Positions 49,193-58,695 of a stretch of 64,000 bases of DNA are shown piece by piece. The notes beneath the pieces are model-generated. The model worked only from the letters and a program-made list of their open reading frames with translations, was not told the DNA's origin and did not search any database. A program made the translations under genes and the position numbers. Each line of letters opens with the position of its first letter. The stretch's first letter is position 1. Origin of the DNA: an uncultured Actinomycetota bacterium (lineage in GTDB: Bacteria; Actinomycetota; Actinomycetes; JACCUZ01); NCBI GenBank assembly GCA_963746465.1, contig CAVVAY010000013.1, forward strand, positions 10,755 to 74,754, read 5' to 3'.

Positions 49193-50956
49193 ATGTACGA
49201 GCAGATCCTGGACCCGGTCGGCGACTCGCTCGGCCTCTCCGCCATCTTCGCGGTGCTGCCGCTGCTGACACTGTTCCTGCTGCTCGGCGTCCTGAAGGTC
49301 AAGGCCTGGATCGCGGCGCTGGTGTCCCTCGGCGTCGGGATCGTCGTCGCGGTCGCCGTCTACGGGATGCCGGTCGGGCAGGCGGCGCTGTCAGCCTCCG
49401 AGGGCGCGGCCTTCGGCTTCTTCCCCATCCTGTGGATCGTCATCAACGCGATCTGGGTCTACAACCTCACCGTCGCGAGCGGTCACTTCGACGTGCTGCG
49501 CCGGTCCTTCGAGCGGGTCAGCCCGGACCAGCGGATCCAGGCGATCATCATCGCGTTCTGCTTCGGCGCGCTGCTGGAGGCGCTGGCCGGCTTCGGCACC
49601 CCGGTGGCGATCACCGTGGTGATGCTGATGGCCCTCGGGTTCCGTCCGGTCCGCGCCGCATCGGTCGCACTGATCGCGAACACCGCACCGGTCGCCTTCG
49701 GTGCTCTCGCGACGCCGATCGTCACACTGGCCGACGTCACCTCGGGCGTGAACGACGACAGCCGGCTCACGGTCGACACCCTGGGCTCGATGGTCGGCCG
49801 GCAGACGCCGATCCTGGCCGTGGTCGTGCCGCTGGTGCTCGTCCTGGTCGTCGACGGCAAGCGCGGCCTGCGCCAGACCTGGCTGCCCGCCCTGGTGTGC
49901 GGCGTGTCCTTCGGCATCGCCCAGTTCGTGGCGTCCAACTACATCTCGGTGCCGCTGACCGACATCATCGCCTCGCTGGTGTCCGCGGCGGCGGTCGTGC
50001 TGCTGCTCCGCGTCTGGACTCCGGTCGAGTCGCCCGACCTGACCCACGACGAGGTCGAGGGCGAGCCGGTCACCGTCGGCGGCGACGTCGCGGGCGCCGA
50101 GGGCCAGGCCGCGCGTGGGGTCTCCCGGCCCGTGGCCGGCGGCGGTGGTCGCAGCGGCAGCCGGCCGGCCGGAGCCGGCTCGGCGGCCGGCGAGGTCGCC
50201 GTGCACGACAGCGGGTCCGAAGTGGCCAAGGCCTACGCGCCGTACCTCATCATCATCGCGATCTTCTCGGTGGCCAACCTGAACGCCGTCAAGGACGCCC
50301 TCGCCGAGAAGCCGTGGACGACCAGCTTCCAGTGGCCCGGCCTGGACGTGGTCAACGGCGACGGCGAGCCGCTCGCGTCGCTCACGTTCAACGTGAACTG
50401 GCTGCCCGCTGCGGGCACCCTGATGATCCTGGCCGGCATCCTCACCGCTCTGGTGCTGAGGGTGTCGCCGGCCCGCGCGTTGACGGCGTACAAGGAGACG
50501 TACGTCGAGCTGCGCTGGGCGATCGTCACCGTGATGGCGGTCCTCGGTCTCGCCTACGTGATGAACCAGTCGGCGCAGACGAGCACCCTGGGCGCGCTGC
50601 TCGCGGAGACCGGGGACGTCTTCGTGTTCCTCTCCCCCATCCTGGGCTGGCTGGGCGTCGCGGTGACCGGATCGGACACCTCCGCCAACGCGCTCTTCGG
50701 TGCGCTGCAGGTGCAGACCGCGGCCAAGGCCGGGCTGGACCCGCTGCTGCTGGCCGCAGCGAACTCCTCGGGCGGCGTGCTGGGGAAGATGGTCAGCCCG
50801 CAGAACCTGGCGATCGCCGCGTCCGCAGTCGGCATGGCCGGCCAGGAGGGTGTGATCTTCCGCAAGGTGCTCGGCTGGAGCCTGCTGTTGCTGCTGTTCA
50901 TGTGCGTGATCGTGCTGCTGCAGAGCACCTCCGTGCTGGGGTGGATGGTGCCCTGA
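49193..50956 (+). CDS. L-lactate / glycolate permease (LctP family)
   Basis: 587 aa polytopic. LctP signature blocks. Carries a ~55-aa Ala/Gly-rich central insertion. Confidence 0.85.
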   Translation: MYEQILDPVGDSLGLSAIFAVLPLLTLFLLLGVLKVKAWIAALVSLGVGIVVAVAVYGMPVGQAALSASEGAAFGFFPILWIVINAIWVYNLTVASGHFDVLRRSFERVSPDQRIQAIIIAFCFGALLEALAGFGTPVAITVVMLMALGFRPVRAASVALIANTAPVAFGALATPIVTLADVTSGVNDDSRLTVDTLGSMVGRQTPILAVVVPLVLVLVVDGKRGLRQTWLPALVCGVSFGIAQFVASNYISVPLTDIIASLVSAAAVVLLLRVWTPVESPDLTHDEVEGEPVTVGGDVAGAEGQAARGVSRPVAGGGGRSGSRPAGAGSAAGEVAVHDSGSEVAKAYAPYLIIIAIFSVANLNAVKDALAEKPWTTSFQWPGLDVVNGDGEPLASLTFNVNWLPAAGTLMILAGILTALVLRVSPARALTAYKETYVELRWAIVTVMAVLGLAYVMNQSAQTSTLGALLAETGDVFVFLSPILGWLGVAVTGSDTSANALFGALQVQTAAKAGLDPLLLAAANSSGGVLGKMVSPQNLAIAASAVGMAGQEGVIFRKVLGWSLLLLLFMCVIVLLQSTSVLGWMVP

Positions 50957-51091
50957 GCCCCGGTGGTGGCGGCCGGTGGAGCAGCCGTCACGGATCGTGG
51001 CAGACAGGGGGTTCACCCGGCGAGGACCTGGGCACTCTGGGGTTGGCGCCCGCCTGGCGCGCCGACCCCCAGGTTTCGGAGGCCGTCCGCC

Positions 51092-51469
51092 ATGTGCCAG
51101 ACCACACCGCGACAGGAGCGTGAGCTACCGGTCTCGCGGGAGGCCCCGGCGATGGCCCGCGAGTTCCTGCGCAAGGCCACCTGCGCCGAGCACCACAGCC
51201 AGGTCCTCGACGACGCCGTGCTGATGGTCAGCGAGCTGGTGACCAACTCGGTCCTGCACGGCGGCCCGCCGGTCGTGGTCGCCGTCGACTGCACGGAGGA
51301 CTCCCTGCAGGTCCGGGTCCGCGACGGCTCGTCCGAGCTCCCGGCTCTTCGCGAGGCGGCGCAGACCGACGAGGGCGGGCGAGGACTCGCGCTCGTGGCG
51401 GAGATGTCGGCCGACTGGGGGGTCGACCCCGTCGAGGACGGCAAGAACGTCTGGTTCGTCCTGCGCTGA
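51092..51469 (+). CDS. Stand-alone HATPase_c protein (anti-sigma regulatory factor-like)
   Basis: 125 aa from ATG, GGAGG 8 nt upstream. Motifs VSELVTNSVLHGG and GGRGLALV. Confidence 0.55.
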   Translation: MCQTTPRQERELPVSREAPAMAREFLRKATCAEHHSQVLDDAVLMVSELVTNSVLHGGPPVVVAVDCTEDSLQVRVRDGSSELPALREAAQTDEGGRGLALVAEMSADWGVDPVEDGKNVWFVLR

Positions 51470-51481
51470 GGGCGACATCGG

Positions 51482-52495
51482 TCAGCGCGGGACGGCCACC
51501 CCGGTCGACCCCCGGACGACGAGCTCCGGGCGGAACACGAACTCCCGCCGCGGCGCCGGGTTGCCGGCGATCTCGTCGACCAGCGCCTGCACCGCTGCCT
51601 GGCCGATCGCCTGGACCGACTGGCGCACGGTGGTGAGCGGCGGGTCGGTGAACGCGATCAGCGGCGAGTCGTCGTAGCCGACGACGGAGACGTCGTGCGG
51701 CACGGCGAGCCCGCTGCTGCGCGCGGCCCGGACCGCGCCCAGGGCCATCAGGTCCGAGCCGCACACGACGGCGGTGCACCCGCGCTCGAGCAGCGTCGAG
51801 GCCGCTGCCGCCCCGCCCTCGACGGAGAAGAACGTGTACTCGACCGCCTCGGCCGCCTCGACGGGGCCGACGTGGTCGGCCATGCTGCGCAGGAAGCCCT
51901 CGACCTTGCGCACGACCGGGACGTAACGCTCCGGCCCGACGGCCAGCCCGATCCTGCGGTGGCCGAGCGACACCAGGTGCCGGACCGAGAGCTCCATCGA
52001 CGCGATGTCGTCGTTGGAGAAGAACGGCGCCGGCACCGAGGGTGTGTAGCCGTTGATCAGCACGATCGGGACCCGCTGGGCGATCAGCCGGTGGTAGCGG
52101 TCCGGGTTCGAGGTCGAGTCGGCGTGCAGCCCGGACACGAAGACGATGCCGGCGACCCCGCGCTCGAGCAGCATCTCGACGTACTCGTCCTCGCTCACCC
52201 CGCCGGGGGTCTGGGTGCACAGCACCGGCGTGTACTCGTGCTGGGCCAGCACCGTCTCGATGGTCTGGGCGAAGGCCGGGAAGATCGGGTTCCCCAGCTC
52301 CGGGACGACGAGACCGACCAGACCCGCGCTGCGCACCCGCAGCCGGTCCGGCCGGTCGTAGCCGAGGACGTCGAGGGCGGTCACCACCGCCAGCCGGGTG
52401 GCCGCGGCGACGCCCGGCTTGCCGTTGAGCACCCGGCTGACGGTGGCCTCGCTGACCCCCGCCTGCTCGGCGATGTCCTGCAGCCGGGCCCTCAT
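51482..52495 (-). CDS. LacI-family transcriptional regulator
   Basis: 337 aa. HTH RLQDIAEQAGVSEATVSRVLNG plus PBP-like sugar-binding domain. Confidence 0.8.
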   Translation of the reverse strand: MRARLQDIAEQAGVSEATVSRVLNGKPGVAAATRLAVVTALDVLGYDRPDRLRVRSAGLVGLVVPELGNPIFPAFAQTIETVLAQHEYTPVLCTQTPGGVSEDEYVEMLLERGVAGIVFVSGLHADSTSNPDRYHRLIAQRVPIVLINGYTPSVPAPFFSNDDIASMELSVRHLVSLGHRRIGLAVGPERYVPVVRKVEGFLRSMADHVGPVEAAEAVEYTFFSVEGGAAAASTLLERGCTAVVCGSDLMALGAVRAARSSGLAVPHDVSVVGYDDSPLIAFTDPPLTTVRQSVQAIGQAAVQALVDEIAGNPAPRREFVFRPELVVRGSTGVAVPR

Positions 52496-52506
52496 GGCTC
52501 GCGACC

Positions 52507-54333
52507 CTAGCGGCGGATCCCGTCCCGCTCCGGCGCGCCGAGGCCGGCCTCGTCCGAGCCGGCCTCGTCCAAGGTCGCGCCGTCGACCATCTGGCTCGAC
52601 GGCGCCGAGACCGCCGCTGCCCGGCCGGCGGTGTCCTGCCCCGGGACGGTGGCTGCTGCGGCGTCCGCGGCGTTCGCGGCGTCCTGCCGTCGCGCCTCGA
52701 TTCCCGACATCGTGCGCAGCTTCTCCTCCGGCAGGAAGAACACGAGCACGAAGGCGACGAGCACCACCGCGGCCGCCGAGACGAACACCAGGTTCATCGA
52801 ACCGGTGAATCCCTCGAGGAACGGCCTCGCCAGCCGGTCGTCGAGCTGGGACAGGAACGAGGTGTCGTCCAGCGCCCCCTTGGGCAGTCCGCCGCCGCTG
52901 GTGATCGCCTCGACCACCCGCTTGTTGGTGGGGTCGGACAGCACCTGCGGGTCCTTCAGCGCCGCCTGGAAGGCCGGCGTCGCGGCGTCGGTGCGGAAGG
53001 CCGCCACGATCTTCTCGCCCACGGTGGAGAAGAGCACCGAGAGGAACACCGCCGTGCCGAGCGTGCCGCCCATCTGCCGGAAGAAGGTGGCCGAGGAGGT
53101 GGCGACACCCATGTCCTGGGGCGGTACGGCGTTCTGCACCGCCAACGTCAGTGGCTGCATGTTGAAGCCGAGCCCGATCCCGAAGAGGGCCGACAGGGCC
53201 ATCGTCACCCAGAGCTCGGTGTCGACGCCGATCTGGCCGAGGCCAGCGAGGGCGAGCACGAGCAGCCCGGTGCCGATGACCGGGAACTTCTTGTACCGCT
53301 CGGTGCGGGAGATGATCTGGCCGGAGACGATCGAGCCGGCCATGATGCCGAAGGTCAGCGGGATCAGGAGCAGGCCGGCCTTGGTCGGCGAGACTCCCTT
53401 GACGATCTGCAGGTACAGCGGCAGAGCGGCCAGCCCGCCGAACATCCCCATGCCGAGGATGAAGTTCAGCAGCGAGCCGAGGCCGAACGTCCGGCCGCGG
53501 AACAGCCTGAGCGGGATCAGGGCGTCGTCGCCGTAGCGGCCCTGGTCCCAGATGAAGGCCGCGATGCCGAGGGCACCGACGAGGTACGCCGTGACGGAGG
53601 CGGGGGAGGTCCAGCCCCACTCGCGCCCCTGCTCGGCGACGAGCAGCAACGGCACCAAGCCCACCACGAGGGCGACGGCGCCGGGCCAGTCGATCCGGTG
53701 GTCACGACGGATGTGCGGGAGGTGCAGGCTGCGCATGACGAGCAGCAGTGCGCCGATGCCGATGGGGACGTTGACCAGGAACACCCAGCGCCAGCCGGCC
53801 ACTCCGAGGATGGTGTCCTGGCCGGCCAGGAAGCCGCCGATGACCGGACCGAGCACGCTGGACGTGCCGAAGACCGCCAGGAAGTAGCCCTGGTACTTCG
53901 ACCGCTCGCGCGGCGGGACGATGTCGCCGATGATCGTCAGCGCCAGCGAGAACAGACCGCCGGCACCGAGGCCCTGGAAGGCGCGGAAGGCCGCGAGCTC
54001 GGTCATCGAGGTGGCGAAGCCGCTCAGTGCCGAACCGAGCACGAAGATGGTGATGGCCGCGAGGAAGAACGGCCGGCGACCGTAGAGGTCGGAGAGCTTG
54101 CCGTAGAGCGGCGTGCTGATGGTGGCGGTGATCAGGTACGCGGTGGTCACCCAGGCCTGCACCGAGAGACCCTGCAGGTCGTCGGCGATGGTGCGGATCG
54201 AGGTGGCCACGATGGTCTGGTCCAGGGCCGCGAGGAACATCCCCGCCATCAGCCCGGACAGGATGGTCAGGATCTGGCGGTGGCTCAACTCGCCGGACGC
54301 CGGGCTGTGTGCCACGGCGGGGGTGGTGGTCAT
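52507..54333 (-). CDS. MFS transporter, DHA2 (EmrB/QacA-like, 14-TMS) drug:H+ antiporter family
   Basis: 608 aa. Motif A-like region GKLSDLYGRR. About 14 predicted helices. Long hydrophilic C-tail. Confidence 0.8.
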   Translation of the reverse strand: MTTTPAVAHSPASGELSHRQILTILSGLMAGMFLAALDQTIVATSIRTIADDLQGLSVQAWVTTAYLITATISTPLYGKLSDLYGRRPFFLAAITIFVLGSALSGFATSMTELAAFRAFQGLGAGGLFSLALTIIGDIVPPRERSKYQGYFLAVFGTSSVLGPVIGGFLAGQDTILGVAGWRWVFLVNVPIGIGALLLVMRSLHLPHIRRDHRIDWPGAVALVVGLVPLLLVAEQGREWGWTSPASVTAYLVGALGIAAFIWDQGRYGDDALIPLRLFRGRTFGLGSLLNFILGMGMFGGLAALPLYLQIVKGVSPTKAGLLLIPLTFGIMAGSIVSGQIISRTERYKKFPVIGTGLLVLALAGLGQIGVDTELWVTMALSALFGIGLGFNMQPLTLAVQNAVPPQDMGVATSSATFFRQMGGTLGTAVFLSVLFSTVGEKIVAAFRTDAATPAFQAALKDPQVLSDPTNKRVVEAITSGGGLPKGALDDTSFLSQLDDRLARPFLEGFTGSMNLVFVSAAAVVLVAFVLVFFLPEEKLRTMSGIEARRQDAANAADAAAATVPGQDTAGRAAAVSAPSSQMVDGATLDEAGSDEAGLGAPERDGIRR

Positions 54334-54836
54334 GAAGCGTGCTCCTTGGAAGCGTGGCTGTGCGCGAGGTCGGTCAGCGAGGTGCGCTGCTCGACGAAGC
54401 TGTCGTTGAAGCGGGCGAGGAGGGCGGTCAGGGCGTCGACGTCGTCGGCCGGCCAGCCCTCCAGGACGTGGGCGAACATCCGCTGCCGGTGCTCCTGCTT
54501 GGCGGCGTAGGCCTGGCGGCCGCGCTCGGTGGCGACGAGCAGGCTGGCCCGCCCGTCCTCCGGGTCGGACTGCCGCTCGACCAGGCCGGCCTTGACCAGC
54601 TGGGCGACCTGGCGGCTGACCGTCGAGGGGTCGACGCAGGCGATCTCGGCGAGCGCCGAGCTGCGCCGGGGGCCGTCGTTGACCAGCTGGAAGAGCAGGC
54701 CGTAGGCCGCCCACTCCACCCCGTCGCCGCTGGTGCTGCCGCTGGCGACGAGCTGCTGTCGCATCCCGGCGAAGGCCCGCTGGAGACGGATCACCTGCTC
54801 GCCGAGCGCGGCGACGCTGTCCGGACCGACGGTCAC
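54330..54836 (-). CDS. MarR-family transcriptional regulator
   Basis: 168 aa wHTH (LAEIACVDPSTVSRQVAQLVKAGLVER). Stop overlaps the MFS ATG (ATGA). Confidence 0.8.
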   Translation of the reverse strand: MTVGPDSVAALGEQVIRLQRAFAGMRQQLVASGSTSGDGVEWAAYGLLFQLVNDGPRRSSALAEIACVDPSTVSRQVAQLVKAGLVERQSDPEDGRASLLVATERGRQAYAAKQEHRQRMFAHVLEGWPADDVDALTALLARFNDSFVEQRTSLTDLAHSHASKEHAS

Positions 54837-54930
54837 GGGCTCCTCCAGAGGCTGGTCCGACGGGTAGCAGGACGCAACTGCTTGCGTGCGTCATCTAACT
54901 GGATGCAGCATACAAGCATTTTGCCGACCG

Positions 54931-55758
54931 TCAACCCGGACGGGAGTCCGAGACCCGGTGCGCCAGCCGCTGGGCGTCGTACGGGGCGTGCACCTTGACG
55001 TCGTTGTCGAAGTAGACGACCACGTCGCGCCCCTGGTCGCGCCAGTCCCGGACCCGGGCCGCCCAGGTGTCCAGGGCCTGGTCGGAGTAGCCGCTGACGT
55101 AGAGCTCGGCGTCCCCGTGCAGGCGGACGTAGACGTGCCGGGCGGTGGGCTCGAGGAACATCGGCCACTTCCCCGCCGTGTCCGCGGTGACGACGGCGAT
55201 GTCGTGCTCCCGCAGCAGGGGCAGGAACCGTGGGTTCTCGTACGTCGGGTGCCGCACCTCGAGGGCGTGCCGCAGCGGCCGGTCCTCGTCGGCCGTCAGC
55301 CAGGTCCGCCCCTCGACCCGCTCGTCGTGCCCGGCTGCCAGAGCCGCCGCTTCGGTCGTGGTGCGCGGCAGCAGCGCGAAGAAGTCGACCAGCCGCGACT
55401 CGTCGTACCCCAGGTTCGGCGGCAGCTGCCACAGGAGCGGTCCCAGCTTGGCGCCGAGGGCGAGCACCCCGGAGGCGAAGAAGTTGGCCAACGGGACCTC
55501 GACGCCGCGCAGCTTCTTCATGTGGGTGACGAAGCGACCGCCCTTGACGGAGAACAGGAAGTCCGGCGGCGTCCGGTCGTGCCAGGCGCGGAAGCTCTCC
55601 GGCTTCTGCAGCGCGTAGAAGGAGCCGTTGACCTCGATGGTGCTCAGCAGGCTGGCCGCGTGCTCCAGCTCGAGCCGCTGCGGGAGCCCGGGCGGGTAGA
55701 ACACCCCGCGCCACGGCGGATAGTTCCACCCCGATATGCCGACCCGGACCTCGCTCAC
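54931..55758 (-). CDS. DUF72 domain-containing protein
   Basis: MSEVRVGISGWNYPPWRGVFYP is the canonical DUF72 N-terminus. Confidence 0.75.
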   Translation of the reverse strand: MSEVRVGISGWNYPPWRGVFYPPGLPQRLELEHAASLLSTIEVNGSFYALQKPESFRAWHDRTPPDFLFSVKGGRFVTHMKKLRGVEVPLANFFASGVLALGAKLGPLLWQLPPNLGYDESRLVDFFALLPRTTTEAAALAAGHDERVEGRTWLTADEDRPLRHALEVRHPTYENPRFLPLLREHDIAVVTADTAGKWPMFLEPTARHVYVRLHGDAELYVSGYSDQALDTWAARVRDWRDQGRDVVVYFDNDVKVHAPYDAQRLAHRVSDSRPG

Positions 55759-55790
55759 CGGCCCAGGCTAGGCGGGTTACCGTCGGACCC

Positions 55791-56201
55791 GTGATCACCG
55801 TCGAGCTGGCCCGGGAGCTGCGGCTGGCCGGGCTGCACTGGGAGCCGGCGTCCGGCGACCGCTTCGTCGTCGCCGATCGCGGCATGGACGACCAGGTGTT
55901 CGTCCTGAGCGAGATGACGGTCGAGGTGCGCTCCTTCCCCTCCGGGCCGGTGATCGCGTTCAACGGCACGACCGAGTGGGCGTTGGACTCCTTGGACCAG
56001 GACGACGCCCTGTGGCTGCCGGCCGAGGACCAGCTGCGCGACCGGCTCGGCACGTCGTTCCATCGGCTGGAACGGGCCGCGGAGGGTTTCGCCGTGGTGA
56101 TGGCCGAGGGCGAGGCAGAGGTGCGCGCGACCGGGCCTGACCCGGTGTCCGCGTACGCCCACGCGGTGCTTGCCCGGCTCCGATCCGGGGCGCGCCGCTG
56201 A
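55791..56201 (+). CDS. Hypothetical protein (136 aa)
   Basis: GTG start. GC3-rich. No family recognised. Confidence 0.45.
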   Translation: MITVELARELRLAGLHWEPASGDRFVVADRGMDDQVFVLSEMTVEVRSFPSGPVIAFNGTTEWALDSLDQDDALWLPAEDQLRDRLGTSFHRLERAAEGFAVVMAEGEAEVRATGPDPVSAYAHAVLARLRSGARR

Positions 56202-56211
56202 CGGTGGTCGG

Positions 56212-56583
56212 TCAGACCAGTGCGATGTCCGGCCAGTCCGACGGCAGCTCGGGTCGCACCTCGGCCACCAGGTCCAGCCCGGTGATCCGGATGACCCGGT
56301 CGCCCAACGGCGTCGGACGGCACAGCACCAGCGGTCGCCGGATCCGACCGCGCGCGTCAGCCAGGTGCATGAGGAAGGCGACCAACGTCGACCCCATCAG
56401 GGTGGCGCCGCCGAGGTCGACGTAGGTGACGCTGCCGGGGGCATCCAGCAGCCGTCGCGCCGCTACGCCGAGAGCCTTGGCGTCGGACAGGTCGACGTCG
56501 CCGACGACCCGCACGTAGACCGCGCTGGAGTCTCGCGGCCTGGTGATGGACAGGCGCATCTGTTCCTGGGTGTAGGGCGACAT
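56212..56583 (-). CDS. STAS-domain protein (anti-sigma-factor antagonist-like)
   Basis: 123 aa. VDLSDAKALGVAARRLLDAPGSVTYVDLGGATLMGSTLVAFLMHLA fits the SpoIIAA/RsbV fold. The phospho-site region appears degenerate. Confidence 0.6.
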   Translation of the reverse strand: MSPYTQEQMRLSITRPRDSSAVYVRVVGDVDLSDAKALGVAARRLLDAPGSVTYVDLGGATLMGSTLVAFLMHLADARGRIRRPLVLCRPTPLGDRVIRITGLDLVAEVRPELPSDWPDIALV

Positions 56584-56905
56584 GCTCTGCCAGCTCTCGT
56601 ACCGGGTCGAACGACGCCGGGTCCGGGGCGGCAGCGCGGTCTCTGCACCACCGAACGTACTCCTGACGAGTTCGGTTCTTGCCGTTTCCCGTCGGCTTCT
56701 CTGCACCTGGACGCGGATCCCGCCGACATGTCCCTTCATTTCCGTGCGCCGGACGCCGAAGAGCCAGCGAGACGGCAGCCACGGCCGCGGCCGGGCCGTG
56801 TTCGGCATCGTCGCCGGCGCCCTCGGCACACTCATGCTGCTCGCGACCGTCGTGAGCGCCGCGACCTGAGACGTACGAACAGCCTCGTTGCGTAGTGTCG
56901 GGGCC

Positions 56906-57814
56906 GTGACACTGATCAAGACCGCCGACCTCACCAAGAAGTACGGATCGGTCACGGCCGTCTCCGAGCTCACGGTCGACATCGAACCGGGCGTCGTCGG
57001 GCTGATCGGCGCCAACGGCGCGGGCAAGTCGACGCTGATCAAGATGGTGCTCGGCCTGCTGCCCCCGACCTCGGGCTCGGCCACCGTGCTCGACCTGGAC
57101 ATCGCCACCGACGGCGCGGCGATCCGCGAGCGGGTGGGCTACATGCCCGAGCACGACTGCCTGCCGCCGGACGTCTCGGCGACCGAGTTCGTGGTGCACA
57201 TGGCCCGGATGTCCGGGCTGCCGAAGACCGCCGCGCGGGAGCGGACGGCCGACACACTGCGGCACGTCGGGCTCTACGAGGAGCGGTACCGCCCGATCGG
57301 CGGCTACTCCACCGGCATGAAGCAGCGGGTCAAGCTGGCCCAGGCGCTCGTGCACGACCCGCAGCTCGTGCTGCTCGACGAGCCGACCAACGGGTTGGAC
57401 CCCGCCGGGCGGGACGACATGCTGGGGCTGATCCGCCGGATCGGCACCGAGTTCGGCATCTCGGTCCTGGTGGCCTCGCACCTGCTGGGTGAGCTCGAGC
57501 GGGTCTGCGACCACGTCGTGGTCATCGACGCCGGCCGGCTGCTGCGCTCGTCGTCCACCGCCGACGTCACCGCGGCCAGCCAGCTGATCGCCGTCGAGGT
57601 CACCGAGCGCACCGACGAGCTCGCCGCGGCACTGCGCGAGGCCGGGCTCGGCGCACAGCCGGTCGGCACTCTGCTCGAGGTGGACCTGACCGACGACACG
57701 ACGTACGACATCGTGCGCGACACTGTGGCCGGCCTCGGCGTCGGGCTGATCCGGATGGAACGACGCCGGCACCGGATGTCCGAGATCTTCACCACCCCTG
57801 ACGGGAGCCGATGA
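56906..57814 (+). CDS. ABC transporter ATP-binding protein (ABC-2/exporter-type)
   Basis: Walker [14 protein letters not shown]-like YSTGMKQR, Walker B LLLDEPTNGLD. An alternative TTG start exists at 56888. Confidence 0.8.
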   Translation: MTLIKTADLTKKYGSVTAVSELTVDIEPGVVGLIGANGAGKSTLIKMVLGLLPPTSGSATVLDLDIATDGAAIRERVGYMPEHDCLPPDVSATEFVVHMARMSGLPKTAARERTADTLRHVGLYEERYRPIGGYSTGMKQRVKLAQALVHDPQLVLLDEPTNGLDPAGRDDMLGLIRRIGTEFGISVLVASHLLGELERVCDHVVVIDAGRLLRSSSTADVTAASQLIAVEVTERTDELAAALREAGLGAQPVGTLLEVDLTDDTTYDIVRDTVAGLGVGLIRMERRRHRMSEIFTTPDGSR

Positions 57815-58695
57815 TGGCGACGACCGGGCAGGGGGTCATCCACGACCTCGGCTACCGGCACTACGACGGGCTGCGGGCGGGCCGTCGCTACATCGCACGG
57901 GCGCTGTTCCTGGAGAGCGCGAAGGGGGCGTACGGCCTGGGCCGGTCCGCCAAGTCGAAGATCATGCCGATGCTGCTGCTCGCCGCGATCTGCCTGCCCG
58001 CGTTCATCATCGTGGTCATCGCCACGGTGACCAACGCCGACGAGCTGCCCGGCGACTACACCTCCTACGTCCTGAACGTGAGCCTGCTGGTGATGGTCTA
58101 CGTGGCGGGCCAGGCGCCGGCGAACGTCTCGCGCGACCTGCGGTTCCGCGTGGTCTCGCTGTACTTCTCCCGACCGCTGGAACGCATCGACTACGTCGTC
58201 GCGAAGTACGCCGCCATGACCACTGCGATCTTCGTGCTGCTCGCCCTGCCGCTCACGATCCTGTTCGTCGGCGCGCTGCTGGCGAAGCTGCCGCTGGACG
58301 AGCAGGTGCCCGACTACCTGCGAGCGCTGGTCGGCGCCTTGCTGGTCGCCCTGGTGCTCGCCGGCCTCGGCCTGGTCATCGCCGCGTTCACCCCGCGCCG
58401 GGGTCTCGGCGTGGCCGCCATCATCGCGGTGCTCGCCGTGCTGGCAGGGGTGCAGGGAGCCGTGCAGGCGATCGCGGTCGAGGAGGGCGCCGACACCTTC
58501 GCCGGCTACGCCGGTTTGTTCTCGCCGTTCACCATGGTGCAAGGAGTCATGTCCTCGGTGCTCGGTGCGCCCGAGGTGCTCGACGCGGAGCCACCGGGTG
58601 CCCTCGGCGGCGCGGTGTTCATGGGCGCCACGCTGCTGGTCGTCGCCGCCTGCTTCGGCGCCCTCATCCTTCGCTACCGGAAGGTCTCGATCTAG
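57811..58695 (+). CDS. ABC-2 type transporter permease
   Basis: 294 aa, 6 TMS. ATGA overlap with the upstream ATPase. Confidence 0.7.
   Translation: MMATTGQGVIHDLGYRHYDGLRAGRRYIARALFLESAKGAYGLGRSAKSKIMPMLLLAAICLPAFIIVVIATVTNADELPGDYTSYVLNVSLLVMVYVAGQAPANVSRDLRFRVVSLYFSRPLERIDYVVAKYAAMTTAIFVLLALPLTILFVGALLAKLPLDEQVPDYLRALVGALLVALVLAGLGLVIAAFTPRRGLGVAAIIAVLAVLAGVQGAVQAIAVEEGADTFAGYAGLFSPFTMVQGVMSSVLGAPEVLDAEPPGALGGAVFMGATLLVVAACFGALILRYRKVSI

Noticed and set aside
56798-56869. Possible 23-aa hydrophobic peptide (VFGIVAGALGTLMLLATVVSAAT) in the ABC leader
   Set aside because: No SD, GTG start only, too short to support from sequence alone. Kept only as context for the long leader.
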